Shown here: positions 31,262 through 32,000 of the stretch, one piece after another
Numbering within the stretch: position 1 is the first letter of the stretch
Layout: the number at the start of each line of letters is the position of its first letter
NCBI RefSeq assembly: GCF_001462395.1
Contig: NZ_LNTB01000001.1
Location: 300,001-332,000 of the forward strand
Source of the DNA: Pyrodictium occultum
GTDB lineage: Archaea > Thermoproteota > Thermoprotei_A > Sulfolobales > Pyrodictiaceae
Length of the DNA stretch: 32,000 nt
Direction: 5' to 3'
Position numbers and translations under genes: made by a program
Notes under the pieces: model-generated
The model's input: the letters and a program-made list of their open reading frames with translations, nothing else
What the model was told of the DNA's origin: nothing
Databases searched by the model: none

Positions 31262-32000
31262 TTGGAGGGGGCCGGCGTCCACCAGGTGGAGGTGCCCATC
31301 CCGATCCCCTCCCTGAGGAGCGTTAACGTCTACCTCGTCGCCGGCGACGGGGGCGAGCCCTGGCTGGTAGACGCGGGGATGTACACCGCCGAGGCGGCCA
31401 GGGGCCTGCTCCACGGCCTCCGGGAGGCCGGCGTGAGCCCCTGCAGCATAGCCGGCATAGTTGTTACCCACTTCCACGTGGATCACGCCACGCTGGCGCC
31501 CCTCCTGGCCGAGCTGGGCTAGCCCAGCCTCTACATGGGGCGCCGCGACCTCGAGGTGGTCAGGGAGGGTGTGGACTCGTTCATGGAGCGGGTGCTGGAG
31601 CTCTACGCGTGGAGCGGGGCCCCCAGGGAGGAGGTGGAGGGGATGAAGCACTACCACCCGGCCTCCAGGATGCTCGAGGCCTACCGCCGCGCCGCCGAGC
31701 TGGACTGGAGGCCCCTGAGCGGGGGCAGCGTGCTCAACGCCTCGGGGCTAGAGCTGCGCGTCGTGGAGGCGCCGGGGCACACGCCGGGCCACATAGTCCT
31801 CGTGGCGGACGGCCTAGTCTTCACCGGGGACACCGTGCTCCCGGGGATAACGCCCCACGTGACGCTCCACAGCCTGGACGAGGACCCGCTCGGCAGCTAC
31901 CTGGAGACGCTCAGGAGGATAGAGGAGCTGGGCCCGCTAACCGGGCTCCCCGGCCACCGGGGGGTGATCCGCGACACGGCGGCCAGGGCCAGGGAGATAC
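31262..32000 (+). pseudogene. MBL-fold metallo-hydrolase interrupted by an in-frame TAG (31520-31522); the 3' end lies outside the window
   Basis: Upstream of the TAG: VNVYLVAG..WLVDAGM...VVTHFHVDHATLAPLLAELG. In the same frame immediately after it: PSLYMGRRDLEVV...VVEAPGHTPGHIVLV..LVFTGDTVLPG...LPGHRG. This splits the metal-ligand set (HxHxDH / H / D / H) across the stop. Confidence 0.7.

Noticed and set aside
1-32000. CRISPR arrays, IS elements or transposases, integrases, tRNA or rRNA genes, and canonical defence operons.
   Set aside because: I found no regularly spaced direct repeats, no terminal inverted repeats bracketing an ORF, no DDE/tyrosine-recombinase-like ORFs and no tRNA T-loop or rRNA-like conserved blocks on visual reading of both strands. 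The only toxin-like gene is the solo PIN protein.

Overview
This is a very G+C-rich archaeal chromosomal segment. I judge the G+C by eye and did not compute it. It reads as crenarchaeal and hyperthermophile-like: AGG/ATA/CTA codon preferences, many GTG/TTG starts, 4-nt gene overlaps, TATA-like boxes 25-50 nt upstream of starts, PurP, and the archaeal thiolase/HMG-CoA synthase/DUF35 trio.

The content is mostly housekeeping genes:
- A 5'-truncated ABC substrate-binding protein with a fused two-domain permease.
- An orphan PIN (VapC-like) gene next to a remnant of a glycerophosphodiesterase gene.
- purP, two small unknowns and RNase Z.
- A minus-strand histidine cluster, hisG-hisA-hisB-[+ strand insert]-[methyltransferase]-hisF-hisD-hisE-hisH-hisI(fusion).
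- An HTH-phosphoribosyltransferase regulator divergent from a Tat-exported BMP/PnrA-like binding protein.
- A membrane ClpP-class (SDH) protease, mobB, an HD/Zn-ribbon protein and a moaD-moaE fusion.
- A four-gene mevalonate entry operon (HMG-CoA synthase, thiolase, DUF35, HMG-CoA reductase).
- A frameshifted alpha/beta hydrolase.
- A surface/glycosylation cluster: a GT-C glycosyltransferase, a type-IV-pilin-like 401-aa protein and a GT2-GtrA fusion.
- An MBL-fold hydrolase interrupted by an in-frame TAG.

I found no rRNA, tRNA, CRISPR array, transposase or recognisable defence operon.

The most unusual signal is compositional. Two sharp local strand-composition inversions occur at about 6.71 kb and about 20.9 kb, where the + strand goes from A+C-rich to G+T-rich. 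Each extends hundreds of bases into the 3' halves of converging genes (rnz, hmgA), where synonymous codons switch to A-ending. The second inversion sits inside about 1.35 kb with no credible gene. That stretch has an AT-rich core with RATTCY repeats, flanking G-quadruplex-type motifs and a decayed PaREP1/HEPN-like gene. I cannot explain these loci with any standard feature class, and they are my top candidates for follow-up.
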